A stretch of DNA of 64,000 nt from Candidatus Bathyarchaeia archaeon. GTDB lineage: Archaea > Thermoproteota > Bathyarchaeia > 40CM-2-53-6. Location: positions 150,132 to 214,131 of the forward strand of contig DASRSU010000025.1 in the NCBI GenBank assembly GCA_035656295.1, given 5' to 3'. The position numbers and the translations under genes are program-made. The notes below the pieces were generated by a model that worked only from the letters and a program-made list of their open reading frames with translations, did no database searches and was not told the origin of the DNA. Positions 20,124 through 29,776 of the stretch are shown here, one piece after another; position 1 is the first letter of the stretch; each line of letters opens with the position of its first letter.

Positions 20124-21170
20124 CTAACGAAGACCTTTCCGTACTCCAGTCCGATATGCAACCCAGTATGGATCAATTCTGTGCCTTACTAACGGTTTAA
20201 TTTTTCCGTGCTTACTGAGAACACGGTTTCTCCCTTTAGACGAGAGTCTGCCGATAACTGCAGCTTTGACGCCGTTCTTGCTTAGTGCCAGTAAGACTCG
20301 ACTAGTCGCTTCGGGTCTTGCACAAATTAAAAGGCTGCCTTGTCCGAGCGAGATGTAGGGATCGAGTCGAAATAGTTTGCAGACTTCCCGGACCTCGTCG
20401 AAGACAGGGATCGAATCTGCTTCGATTACTGCTTTCAAATCCGAGGCGCTCGCGACATCCAAGACAGCTGAGAATATACCTCCCTCAGTGACGTCATGCA
20501 TGGCAGTCACACTCGTTCTCAAGCCGACTGATCGGGCAACAAGTGCGTCTCTCACGGTCGTTACGTCTTTCACTAATGCTGCGGCCCGTTCAGCTGTTTT
20601 TCTTCCTACATGTTTAGCCACGGTTCCGTGGAAAACTCTGCCTAAGACTGCTGCTGTTTCTAGCGCTGCGCTTTTGGTAACTATCAGATTGTCGCCGCTC
20701 CTAGCCATTGCTGAAGTAACGTACCCATCTTTTGGGCCGAGTGACAGTATCGTTCCAGCACCTACAATGGTGTAATCAATCCCCTCAAACCGGCCGGTAT
20801 GACCGCCGAGAATCGAGATTCTCAAGTCCAAACAGGATCTATGAATTGCCCTCCAGTATCGTTCCAGTTCCAGATCAGACATCGAAGGCGGGAGGTTCAG
20901 ATTGAAGAAAGCGTACTGGGGGGCTAAGCCGCTGGTTGCAACATCCGACGCAATTGCGTTGACACTGAGGAAACCTGAGTCTGCTGGCCCGAGACGTGGA
21001 ACATAAGAAAGAGGATCTGAACTTCCGATAAGTACATGATTACGTTGGAATCTGACAACACTCACGTCAACTCCGGGCTGCGGACCAAAAATTATAGAGT
21101 GCCTCTTCATGCCATACTCATGAAAGACTGTTCGAGCTAATACTTCGAAACTAGGCTTCCCAAGAGGCAT
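20124..21170 (-). CDS. AIR-synthase-related (PurM/ThiL/HypE superfamily) protein
   Basis: 348 aa. PurM-like N and C domains (VDVSVV...IGSSDPL, ...MHDVTEGG). Confidence 0.65.
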   Translation of the reverse strand: MPLGKPSFEVLARTVFHEYGMKRHSIIFGPQPGVDVSVVRFQRNHVLIGSSDPLSYVPRLGPADSGFLSVNAIASDVATSGLAPQYAFFNLNLPPSMSDLELERYWRAIHRSCLDLRISILGGHTGRFEGIDYTIVGAGTILSLGPKDGYVTSAMARSGDNLIVTKSAALETAAVLGRVFHGTVAKHVGRKTAERAAALVKDVTTVRDALVARSVGLRTSVTAMHDVTEGGIFSAVLDVASASDLKAVIEADSIPVFDEVREVCKLFRLDPYISLGQGSLLICARPEATSRVLLALSKNGVKAAVIGRLSSKGRNRVLSKHGKIKPLVRHRIDPYWVAYRTGVRKGLR

Positions 21171-21202
21171 CAGTTTAGAAGCCCCTCAAGGAATCTGGTC
21201 TT

Positions 21203-21961
21203 CTAACTAAAGAACTGAATCTTGAAAGCTCGACGAGCTGCAACAACCAATGCCAGTGCTATTGGGATCCAAACGAGATCGAGAAGAGTTCCAAAATCGA
21301 AAGCTGCCAAATATAATCCTCCAGCCAAACCTGACGATCCACACGGAGACGTTGTGCAGTAAAACGCTGTAAAGGAATAGACTGGCCAATCTATAAGAAA
21401 GAACACTACTGACTCGAAGACAGTCGCAATGACCATTCCTAACACTACCAAACGAACTGTTTTGGCCCGAAATCGATTGATAATTAATGCCTCCGGAGCC
21501 CTTGCAAGAATAATTCCTGGGACATAGGTCAATGCGAACGCCCCGGGAACTAGGCCAAATAGGAATATGCCGGCAGCTTCACCAACACCCGAGCCGATCG
21601 CAGTCGACCAGAAACTGATACGGCGAGAAAACAAAACAGCAATGGCCATGTAGAATGCTGGAGCCACAGTTATTTCATAAAGAGGGGGCGGCAGTGGGTA
21701 ACCCAGGAGGAGAATGTTCGATAGAAGGGTACCTACGGCGACAAGAGCCGAAAACGCTGCGATCTGTGCGAGACTTATTGTGGGGATCTCTCGACGACTC
21801 TTCGAGACGAGAGATTTGGTTTCGGAAAGCTCTCTATTCTGTGCTGGGATCACGTTTCGGTTGGACATTTTTTGACTTCCCGACGAGGGTTTCGTAAGCT
21901 TAGTTGGCTGAGAATTAGGTCCCGTTGTTTCCTTCGCCGGCATTACCCGGATCAGGTTCAA
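21203..21961 (-). CDS. integral membrane protein (ECF-transporter S-component-like)
   Basis: About 5 to 6 hydrophobic helices after a hydrophilic N-terminal region of about 60 aa. Follows the PurM-like gene on the same strand. Confidence 0.5.
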   Translation of the reverse strand: MNLIRVMPAKETTGPNSQPTKLTKPSSGSQKMSNRNVIPAQNRELSETKSLVSKSRREIPTISLAQIAAFSALVAVGTLLSNILLLGYPLPPPLYEITVAPAFYMAIAVLFSRRISFWSTAIGSGVGEAAGIFLFGLVPGAFALTYVPGIILARAPEALIINRFRAKTVRLVVLGMVIATVFESVVFFLIDWPVYSFTAFYCTTSPCGSSGLAGGLYLAAFDFGTLLDLVWIPIALALVVAARRAFKIQFFS

Positions 21962-22054
21962 AGGGTCGATGGCGATGAAGCCATCCTCTCAGCCAGGTTT
22001 ACCCTAGCTCCCCGTCAAATTCGATGAGTCAGCTGTCTCGTATTTAAGCGCTGA

Positions 22055-22396
22055 CTACGCGGTCTCTTTGAAAAAGTACCTGGGCCATTGGGGCCATGCA
22101 GAGTCTTGAACACTGGGGCTGAAATCGACCTCTAGCTCCATGCCTATCTTCAAAGATTCCAGCCTTGAAGTTCTGATAATGCTTGGTAGGTTTACTCCCT
22201 CTGGCATCGCTACAATCCCGACGGTGTAGGGTGCCATATGTTTGAACTGTGGTGGCGAGACGTGGACGATGGTGTAAGTGATAAGCTTCCCGTGCTGCGA
22301 GAGTTGCACCCATTCCACCTGTGTAGACCGACAGTTTGGACAAATGCTTCTAGGTGGAACCATGACGTGCCGGCAGCGAACACACCGTACAGCCAT
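22055..22396 (-). CDS. DUF35 OB-fold/zinc-ribbon protein (thiolase partner subunit)
   Basis: N-terminal zinc ribbon CVRCRHVMVPPRSICPNCRS followed by an OB-fold region. The partner thiolase is encoded immediately upstream. Confidence 0.8.
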   Translation of the reverse strand: MAVRCVRCRHVMVPPRSICPNCRSTQVEWVQLSQHGKLITYTIVHVSPPQFKHMAPYTVGIVAMPEGVNLPSIIRTSRLESLKIGMELEVDFSPSVQDSAWPQWPRYFFKETA

Positions 22397-22463
22397 GAGC
22401 TTGCGTTGTAGACAGAATTTGTAGAATTCCTCGATTGTTGGAGGAGGGAGTTCGCTCAGGCCT

Positions 22464-23645
22464 CTATCCGCTCCTCAGGATGTGTACGACAGCAGTAGCG
22501 CCTGATCCGCCTAGATTATGCGCGAGACCGATTTCGGCTCCGTCGACCTGTCTTCGGTCAGCTTGACCTGTCAGCTGCAGGTAGAGTTCATGGATTTGGG
22601 CTGTGCCTGTCGCTCCGACAGGGTGACCCTTCGACTTCAATCCTCCACTTGTGTTAACTGGCATGGTACCGTTAAGTGCGGTCGCGCCGCTCTCCACGTA
22701 CTTTCCTCCCTGCCCGGGTCGGCAAAACCCTAGATCCTCGTAGCCAATAATCTCTGCAATGGTGAAGCAGTCGTGCAATTCTGCCACATTCAGATCTTTT
22801 GGCCTGACATCAGCCATCCTGTATGCCTCTTGGGCTGCTGTTTTTGCGGCCTTCACAGTGGTGAGGCTCTCACGTTCATGGAGGCAAAAAGTGTCCTGGG
22901 CTTGTCCGGATCCCATTATGTGTACGTAGTTGTCCGTCAGTTTCTTGGCCAATTTCGGCTTTGTTAGGATGACGCAACTTGCTCCGTCAGTTATGAGTGA
23001 GCAGTCGTACAATTTCAAAGGCCAGGAAACGACTCTTGACTTCAGAACCTCGTCCAGGCTTACCTCTTTCTGCATGTGCGCCATTGGATTTAGCGCTCCG
23101 TTCTTGTGATTCTTCATCGCCACAGCCGCCATCTGTTCCTCGGTCGTTCCATACTCGTGCATGTGAGCTGTGGCCATCAACGCGAAGAGGCCTGGGAAAG
23201 TCATTCCGTTCCACTGCTCGAACGGATAGTCCGACGCGGAGGCCAGTATTCCCGTGACCGCGGGCGTCGGTTGGTTTGTCATCTTCTCGACGCCTCCAAC
23301 GAGAACGATATCGTACAATCCGGACATTATTGCCATGATTCCTGCTCTGAGAGCTGATCCCGAGGAAGCGCAAGCATTCTCGACTCTCATTGCCGGCGCC
23401 GGAAACAATCCGGCCCAGCTTGCAGCTATCGGCGCAGTGTGAGCCTGGTGTTCGTATGCCTCGCTCATCTGCCCTATCAGGGCCAACTTGATGTCCTTGG
23501 CTGGATCGAGCTTTTCCACTCGATTGAACGCGTTGAGAGCCGCTTCTGCGAACAATTCGCGCGCGTAGAGTCCCTCTCTTCTACCAAATTTCGAGAGACC
23601 TGCCGTTACTATTGTCGCTAGAGGCTTTGCGGGCAACCTTTCCAT
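22464..23645 (-). CDS. acetyl-CoA C-acetyltransferase (thiolase)
   Basis: 393 aa. Thiolase blocks (NACASSGSALR active-site Cys region, NTSGGLKSKGHPVGATG). Confidence 0.9.
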   Translation of the reverse strand: MERLPAKPLATIVTAGLSKFGRREGLYARELFAEAALNAFNRVEKLDPAKDIKLALIGQMSEAYEHQAHTAPIAASWAGLFPAPAMRVENACASSGSALRAGIMAIMSGLYDIVLVGGVEKMTNQPTPAVTGILASASDYPFEQWNGMTFPGLFALMATAHMHEYGTTEEQMAAVAMKNHKNGALNPMAHMQKEVSLDEVLKSRVVSWPLKLYDCSLITDGASCVILTKPKLAKKLTDNYVHIMGSGQAQDTFCLHERESLTTVKAAKTAAQEAYRMADVRPKDLNVAELHDCFTIAEIIGYEDLGFCRPGQGGKYVESGATALNGTMPVNTSGGLKSKGHPVGATGTAQIHELYLQLTGQADRRQVDGAEIGLAHNLGGSGATAVVHILRSG

Positions 23646-24138
23646 TCACAATGTTTCTTGCGCTGTATATGACTTCGTTGTCGGACGAACTAGCTCAAAA
23701 TTCAGTCGCAGAAATTTTCACGCGAGGCTTGTGAAAAACCGTTAGTAGATTCCAGAGAAAAATTGGGATAAACGTCTCAGCTCCAGCAGATATTGTAGGG
23801 AGATTCGCTCCGGACGAACCCGAGGGCCTATTCGGAATTTGACCTTGGCCATCGTCGCGCATAGCTTTGAGCAACCCAGCAACCTTACCTGAAGCGAAGC
23901 GTCTCGGGACATCATCTAGGGAGCGCCCCCTAATTCGGGTATTGTGCAAACCCGGTTCAATTCCTTTTACTCTGCGTTCGATTAGCCGATGTCGACCACT
24001 CGTTTAGCGATCTGAAGGGAGTTCTAGCTCACAACACGATTCTCGTGTGGACAGTCCAATATACGAAACACTCTTAACCTTCTCTAAGGAAAAACGTCAA
24101 ATCCACACTACTGTATTTATGGAAAAAGGTAGGTCCAA

Positions 24139-24948
24139 GTGCAAGACGCGTCAAGAATAGATGAGAACCTCCATCGAATCCTCAAGGATCACGGTCTGAC
24201 AGAGTACGAGATCAAAACCTACCTGAAACTTGTCTTCGATGGACCTGCCACCCCCTACGAGATCAGCGAGTCCGTAAAAATCCCGTACGCGAGAGTTTAC
24301 GGGACTCTGGAAGGCCTCGAGAAACGGAAATGGATCAGGGCCCGTCCTGGAAGGCCGGTGATCTACGAATCGAATCCACCGCGGTCAGTCGCCGAACTCG
24401 AAGTTGAACAGAAACAGTCTGAGATGGAAGCTTTCACGAACCTGATGCGCAGAGATCTACAAGCGATCTATGAACGCAGGGAGGTTGTAAAACATATCAG
24501 CCTTTGGGTCATTCATGGAGGAGATAAGATAGCGGACAAACAGGCCGAGCTCATTAGTAGCGCAAAGACCCGGGCCTATCTGCAACTTGCCTCAATCATT
24601 CCACAGGACGTAGAGGATCTAAAGAATCCGATAAAGGCTGCGCGTGAGCGAGGCGTCTCAGTTAAGATCGTTTCATTTGTCCATCCCAAGTTTGTCGACA
24701 TGAAGAGCCTCACGGTTCTTTCCGACGAGGCAGAAGTTGGCGTGATACAGGAGCCGAGCGAAGAATCGCCCCGGCCAATGAACGTTTGCGCGGTCGACGG
24801 CCGCGATGCAATAATCACTTACCTGTGGAACATTGACAATCCGTCCGAGATCGGTTCTAGAATAGCTTTCAGATTAGCCGACGAAGAATTTGCCGGTGTA
24901 ATGGACAGATATTTTGAATACTATTGGCTCAAGGCACGGAGAATCTAG
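24139..24948 (+). CDS. TrmB-family transcriptional regulator
   Basis: N-terminal wHTH (LTEYEIKTYLKLVFDGPATPYEISESVKIPYARVYGTLEGLEKRKWI) with a C-terminal effector-domain-like extension. 269 aa. Confidence 0.7.
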   Translation: MQDASRIDENLHRILKDHGLTEYEIKTYLKLVFDGPATPYEISESVKIPYARVYGTLEGLEKRKWIRARPGRPVIYESNPPRSVAELEVEQKQSEMEAFTNLMRRDLQAIYERREVVKHISLWVIHGGDKIADKQAELISSAKTRAYLQLASIIPQDVEDLKNPIKAARERGVSVKIVSFVHPKFVDMKSLTVLSDEAEVGVIQEPSEESPRPMNVCAVDGRDAIITYLWNIDNPSEIGSRIAFRLADEEFAGVMDRYFEYYWLKARRI

Positions 24949-24993
24949 AAAGGCAGTAGACAGGTTTCCTAGGGTTGGGAGTGATGAGAGACC

Positions 24994-25386
24994 TTATTGT
25001 GTAGGTTGTCTCTGTGGCCCCTGACCTAGTGTCCCCGGCTGTCTCGAGTCAAGCTGCGCCATGATCATCATTAGTTTACGAGTCTCGTCTAGCTTTCTGA
25101 TCATTCCCTGTAGCTCAGTCTTGTAGAAGTCTCTCTGCTGGTTGTATTCTTGTTCGCCTAGCTCTCCCGACGTATATTTTCCTTGCAATGCAAGGAATCC
25201 GGATAAGGTCGTGCCGCTCAGTTGATCCCGAAGATCACGCAAGCTCTTAGCGACTATTTCATTGATCTGAGACGCCCTCTCTCCCAAGGCTCTACTGACC
25301 TTTCCAATCTCTTCTTTTATCATCGCTGTGCGTTGTCGGAACCCGTTTAGCTCAACAACCACTTTTTCGATACCGAGTTCGCTCAT
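24994..25386 (-). CDS. hypothetical coiled-coil protein
   Basis: 130 aa, predicted helical and charged. No motif recognised. Confidence 0.35.
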   Translation of the reverse strand: MSELGIEKVVVELNGFRQRTAMIKEEIGKVSRALGERASQINEIVAKSLRDLRDQLSGTTLSGFLALQGKYTSGELGEQEYNQQRDFYKTELQGMIRKLDETRKLMMIMAQLDSRQPGTLGQGPQRQPTQ

Positions 25387-25501
25387 TGCTGATCAGTGAA
25401 CTGTCACAACCGGTGTACTCGCAACACTTGGGCGCGATGTTACTCTAGGAACGCGATATTGGTAATTGTGGTGGAGCGCTGAGGGTATATTTTGACAGTT
25501 A

Positions 25502-26245
25502 TCAAGCGCGGCTGACACTTAAAATGCTCTTTCTTAGCCTGGCAACGTTCTGGGCCACCGATGCCTTCGCGTTGAATACGCTGGAGCCCGCAACGAGGAC
25601 TCCTGCTCCAGCACTTACTACAAGCGGCGCAGTTTTCTCATCTATTCCTCCATCCACTGCAATCACAACATTACCTCCCTTTTCGCGAAGGATCTGCCTA
25701 AGTCTCGTGATCTTCTGTAACTGGCTAGTAATGAATTCCTGGCCTGCGAAGCCGGGATTCACTGTCATCACTTGAACGCAGTCTGCGAGGTCGAGCACCT
25801 CTTCAACGGCTGTGACGGGTGTTCCAGGGTTGACCGCAACGCCCGCCTCGAGCTTCAGCTTTTTGATTGACTGCACAGTTCGGTGAAGATTCCTGCACGC
25901 CTCTTGGTGTACTATTAGCCTGTCAGCCCCGGCATCGGCAAACTCTTGGAAAAACTTGTCGGGACTCTCGATCATCAAGTGGACATCTATGAAAAGGCCG
26001 ACAGCATCTCTTAACGCTCTTACAATCCCCGGTCCGAAGGTTATGTTGGGAACAAAGTGTCCGTCCATGACATCAATTTGAATCCCGTCAGCTCCGGCTG
26101 ACTCTGCCTCCTTGGCTTGGCCCCCCAGTCTCGCGAAGTCGGCACTGAGAATAGATGGTTCTAGCGAGACTCTGGAAATTCTAGGAGTAAATTCGGCCTC
26201 CTGCTTGGAGCTAATGTTTGTTCGCATAGATGGACTCAAATTCAT
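25502..26245 (-). CDS. rpe: ribulose-phosphate 3-epimerase (the true start is probably downstream of the annotated Met, near PSILSADF)
   Basis: PSILSADFARLGG and GADGIQIDVMDGHFVPNITFGP are canonical RPE motifs. Overlaps the FBPase stop at 26211. Confidence 0.85.
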   Translation of the reverse strand: MNLSPSMRTNISSKQEAEFTPRISRVSLEPSILSADFARLGGQAKEAESAGADGIQIDVMDGHFVPNITFGPGIVRALRDAVGLFIDVHLMIESPDKFFQEFADAGADRLIVHQEACRNLHRTVQSIKKLKLEAGVAVNPGTPVTAVEEVLDLADCVQVMTVNPGFAGQEFITSQLQKITRLRQILREKGGNVVIAVDGGIDEKTAPLVVSAGAGVLVAGSSVFNAKASVAQNVARLRKSILSVSRA

Positions 26246-27125
26246 TGACCAACTCAGGATTGCCTAGATACGTTGGAACTCGCTGGGAAAGACTTGTAGG
26301 TTCAATATCTAAAATGGGCCTTGCACCCGTCGTTGCTCTACCACCAGCCTTTTCCGTGATGAACGCAATAGGATTCGACTCGAACTGAAGTCGATACTTG
26401 CCCTGAGGCGCATCCGTTAGCTGAGGGTAAGCGAAGAATCCTCCTTTGCTCAATACCTGGTTGTAATCCCCGACAAACGACCCTCCGTAACGAAGCGAGA
26501 GCGCACGTTTCTCAAGCATTTCTACGAACTGCCGGACGTGTTGGACCCACTTGATACGTGACCCTCCTATTCCATAGACTGTGGGGGGTGAAGGAAGCTT
26601 TTGCTTCTCCCCGGTGGATAGAAACCTTGCGGATCCCCTTCCCTTCCCTACTGCAAAGAAGGTTCGAACTCCATCTCGTAAAGCGAGTACAAGTTCGAGG
26701 TATGGACCATAGAGAAAGTACATTGAAGCCATCAACTCCCGCCCCTTTGCAGGGAGAGGCCTGTCATCATAGACTCCGACAATTGTTCCGACAAGGTTGT
26801 CACTCGCTAGATTAGATGAGCCGTCTAACGGGTCTAAGACCACAGAGTATTCGCCTCCGAGGTTTTCAACGACTTTGTCGAGTTCCTCAGACGCGACATA
26901 TTTGACAAGGCTGCTCCGTTTGAGGTGTTTTACAAAGAGATCGTTGGACCAGAGGTCTACATCCAGCTGCTTTTCTCCATAAATGTTCACGCTTCCCGCA
27001 ATTCCCGACTTGTCGACAATGCCTGTGGAAACCTCGATACTGAGACGGGCCAACAGGGCCACTAGCTCATACAAACTCCTGCTCTCCGGCAATAGAAGAT
27101 CTCTCAAAGTTACGTCGAGTTTCAT
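26211..27125 (-). CDS. fbp: fructose-1,6-bisphosphatase class 1
   Basis: DPLDGSSN metal-binding motif with FBPase-I-like architecture. 304 aa. Confidence 0.75.
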   Translation of the reverse strand: MKLDVTLRDLLLPESRSLYELVALLARLSIEVSTGIVDKSGIAGSVNIYGEKQLDVDLWSNDLFVKHLKRSSLVKYVASEELDKVVENLGGEYSVVLDPLDGSSNLASDNLVGTIVGVYDDRPLPAKGRELMASMYFLYGPYLELVLALRDGVRTFFAVGKGRGSARFLSTGEKQKLPSPPTVYGIGGSRIKWVQHVRQFVEMLEKRALSLRYGGSFVGDYNQVLSKGGFFAYPQLTDAPQGKYRLQFESNPIAFITEKAGGRATTGARPILDIEPTSLSQRVPTYLGNPELVNEFESIYANKH

Positions 27126-27739
27126 GCCATTATCTTGCTACGATAACATTTGAATTCTCTGTCATGGGTCCGTCCGGCTTCAACAGCTATGAACTCACCG
27201 GGACAATGCAGCCGTTTCAGAACTGATCATGTGGAAAGAAAACAAGGACTAGACGCAGAACCCACTATCTTCCGGTTCTACTTCTTGTTCTTCTTTTTCG
27301 ACTTACCTTGCGTCTCGAATTCACCGATCACAATAACGGGCAGTCTATTACTATAAGACTAGTGGAATACTCGTGTAATTTTTCGGGAAATTATTTTTGG
27401 ATCTCCGCAAACTAAATGAATTAGTTACGCGGAGATAATTCTTGGAATTGCAAAATTCGGACAATTTTCGCTATACACAATTTAATGTCAATTCAGGATG
27501 TGACGATTCCACATTGAAACGGTGAGTTAGCGCTTCTTGCAAGCGACCACCCTCTACTGCTCGGAACTACACAATAGCAGTCATAGAGTCCAGGGGATGG
27601 TAATATACACGGTCAAGATCGATCTCACCGGGCATAGATGCCGTCCCGCCAGCAATTATCTGCCCGGTCTACTACTCGCTGCCGGCATAGCGGCAGTGAG
27701 CAGAGTCAAAGTTGGGCGCTCATTGGAGAGCTACGCCGT

Positions 27740-29185
27740 TTACCGCGAAGACGGGCTGAACCTCGCGTTAAGCAAGTCGCTGGTAGCCCGGGGGCTATCC
27801 GCACTTACACTAGACGAGTACTGAGGTGCCATGCAAGTAATGCTCGAGTCACGCAGGTCTTGCAACACTGCTTGTCTCAGGACTCTGGTTAGCTTCGCGA
27901 CGTCTGACTCGTCCATTGAGTCTGGTCCTACAATGATCCTGTGCGGTTCGCTGAAACTCTCTCTTCGCAGCACTTCGTCCGGATTGTAGCCGAAGCTTGT
28001 AACGAGCTGCTTCAATAGATCCAGTTTGGTAGCCTGTGCTCTGGGCGTGATTGCGAGGTCTGCCTTACGATAGAGGTTGCGATGGAACTCTTCACCGGTT
28101 GACTTGACGTCGTTGTAGAGTTTGTTCTTGTGACCGAACCAGAATTCTACGTATTCTGGATTTACGCCTAGAGCTGAGAGTCTGGTTCGGAAGTAGTACC
28201 GGCAGCTGTGGACGCAGAGCTCGTGTCGTCTCTTGGTTAGGTTCGGATATCCGCACTCCTGGCAATCAGGGCCATGTCGTCTATGGATCCGCCAGCTTGG
28301 ACAACGTTTGATTATGCCTGCGCGGATGTAGAGCGAGTTGACCACGTGCCAGATCTCGCCAGAGGTGACGGGCTGTGCTTGATGGGTTGCGCTTCCTATG
28401 TTTCGTATGAGAGGGCTGTTGTCTCGGAGGGTCTCTGGGGGGAAGAACCTGTTGCCGCGTTGGCGGTCTGCCAGGTAGGCTTTGAGGAGGTCGACGGCTT
28501 CTGCTGGTAGAAAGGTCCAGTGGCCTTGGGTGTCCCAGCCTCTTCCTTTGAGGATCTGGGGTTCGACTCTGACCAGAACCGGTATGATGTTCTGTTCCAA
28601 GTCGTGTTTGACATGCCTGTACTCGAGTTTTGCTAGTGTTGCCGCTCTGAAGCCTCCTAGGGCGAGCAATACGATGATCACCTTTCCCCTCAGGTCGGCC
28701 ATGGCCAGGACTCGCTGCAGTTCTTCCGGACTCGGAGACCGGTCCGGGTAGACGACTGTCCGGGGATACCGTGGAAGATCCAGGCGTAGCTTGTTCGCTG
28801 CATAGAGGGCTTTGACTCCCTTGACATGGTTGGCTCTGGTGCCTGGCGCCAGAGTGTTCGTGTCTTGCAGGTGTCCCATGAAATCGTCGACTAGCTGCGC
28901 GTGTTTGACCAGCATCTTGGACAGGGGGTCGCCGTCTGGTCCCCAGCACTCGAACAGGATCTTGTCAGGCTCGCTATTGATCCATTTTGCGAACCGCCAG
29001 ATTCCGTAGACGTACTGGTAGGCTGTGTGGGGACTGCCGGTCGTGTGACGTTTCAAGTGACGTATCAGCTGAAGCACGGTCTTGTTGCGGAGGCTGAAGT
29101 CGATCAATACTGGGAACTTGGTACGGAAGGCTTGTTCCAGGAACTCTTTGATGCCACGTTCATAGTCCAATTGTTGACTAAGCAT
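27740..29185 (-). CDS. int: tyrosine recombinase / integrase (large, 481 aa)
   Basis: C-terminal catalytic region HSCRYYFRTRLSALGVNPEYVEFWFGH resembles the H-x-x-R...Y box of tyrosine recombinases. Lies at the element edge. The att repeat is embedded in its 3' end (codons SPRAT). Confidence 0.75.
   Translation of the reverse strand: MLSQQLDYERGIKEFLEQAFRTKFPVLIDFSLRNKTVLQLIRHLKRHTTGSPHTAYQYVYGIWRFAKWINSEPDKILFECWGPDGDPLSKMLVKHAQLVDDFMGHLQDTNTLAPGTRANHVKGVKALYAANKLRLDLPRYPRTVVYPDRSPSPEELQRVLAMADLRGKVIIVLLALGGFRAATLAKLEYRHVKHDLEQNIIPVLVRVEPQILKGRGWDTQGHWTFLPAEAVDLLKAYLADRQRGNRFFPPETLRDNSPLIRNIGSATHQAQPVTSGEIWHVVNSLYIRAGIIKRCPSWRIHRRHGPDCQECGYPNLTKRRHELCVHSCRYYFRTRLSALGVNPEYVEFWFGHKNKLYNDVKSTGEEFHRNLYRKADLAITPRAQATKLDLLKQLVTSFGYNPDEVLRRESFSEPHRIIVGPDSMDESDVAKLTRVLRQAVLQDLRDSSITCMAPQYSSSVSADSPRATSDLLNARFSPSSR
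27781..27794. repeat. attL core: direct repeat of the tRNA 3' end
   Basis: tggtagcccggggg is identical to 39590-39603. It lies within the last 18 codons of the integrase ORF. Confidence 0.65.
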
Positions 29186-29282
29186 TGTGGTGTTTCCACC
29201 CTTTCGAGGGTCCTGACGTCTGAACTACTATAAACGCTTTTACACTCATACACCGGTGTGTCGGAACCGAGACGGCGTGCGA

Positions 29283-29588
29283 TTAGGACAACCTCCGCAG
29301 CTCGATGATCGTGGCTCTGTGAATCGTCACGCCGGAGGCCCGGGGCTTATTCCCCTCTTCGCCTGGAATGGCGAAGGTCTCCCAGGTTAGCGTGATCACC
29401 TGGTTGTCCAGGTAGGCGACTCTACCCGTGGTGTCGAGGACTGGCGCTTCACGAAAGCACCTTGGATCTTTGTTGACGAATAATACGTGATCCCAATATT
29501 TGATTGCAACCAAGTCTCCGACGTGGACCCGGGTCTCTGCTGACATGGACTCCTTCAGTGCTGTCCCGCCTGACCCATTTTTCTGCAT
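29283..29588 (-). CDS. hypothetical protein (element)
   Basis: 101 aa ORF co-oriented with int. Confidence 0.35.
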   Translation of the reverse strand: MQKNGSGGTALKESMSAETRVHVGDLVAIKYWDHVLFVNKDPRCFREAPVLDTTGRVAYLDNQVITLTWETFAIPGEEGNKPRASGVTIHRATIIELRRLS

Positions 29589-29776
29589 AGAATACAGCTG
29601 GTGCCATCGTGTGCTGGCCTTTCCCTGCTGGAAGATCTCAGATGCCCGACGAGATCCAAAAGATCGAGAATTGTCTTGGCTAAGACAGGCCTCTCACGGT
29701 GGCAGAGTAGCAGATGCTCTTTGAGTGTCCGAGCGTCGTAGTCCTGCTTGTTGCAGACGGGACACTGACCTTTCAT
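29555..29776 (-). CDS. small zinc-finger protein (C2H2-like)
   Basis: CPVCNKQDYDARTLKEHLLLCH motif. 73 aa. Confidence 0.35.
   Translation of the reverse strand: MKGQCPVCNKQDYDARTLKEHLLLCHRERPVLAKTILDLLDLVGHLRSSSRERPAHDGTSCILCRKMGQAGQH

Noticed and set aside
20377-20775. 132 aa Ala/Ser/Thr-rich ORF antisense within the PurM-like gene, and similar antisense ORFs (22987-23373, 36721-36999, 50194-50570)
   Set aside because: Compositionally biased shadows nested inside well-supported genes on the opposite strand.
23646-24138. 490 bp intergenic region upstream of thiolase / TrmB as a possible ncRNA locus
   Set aside because: No recognisable structured-RNA signature, repeat or conserved box was visible by eye. 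It is probably a divergent promoter region, and this cannot be tested without tools.
27126-27780. Placing the element's left boundary at the fbp stop (27126), which would make the 650 bp AT-rich spacer part of the element
   Set aside because: The 14 bp exact repeat sits at 27781-27794, and the spacer composition is host-like (AT-rich), unlike the GC-rich element. A degraded older att copy inside the spacer cannot be excluded.
28281-28949. 222 aa Arg/Pro-rich ORF antisense to, and inside, the integrase gene
   Set aside because: Low-complexity RPRS-type sequence produced by the high GC of the element. It is fully nested in the well-supported integrase frame.
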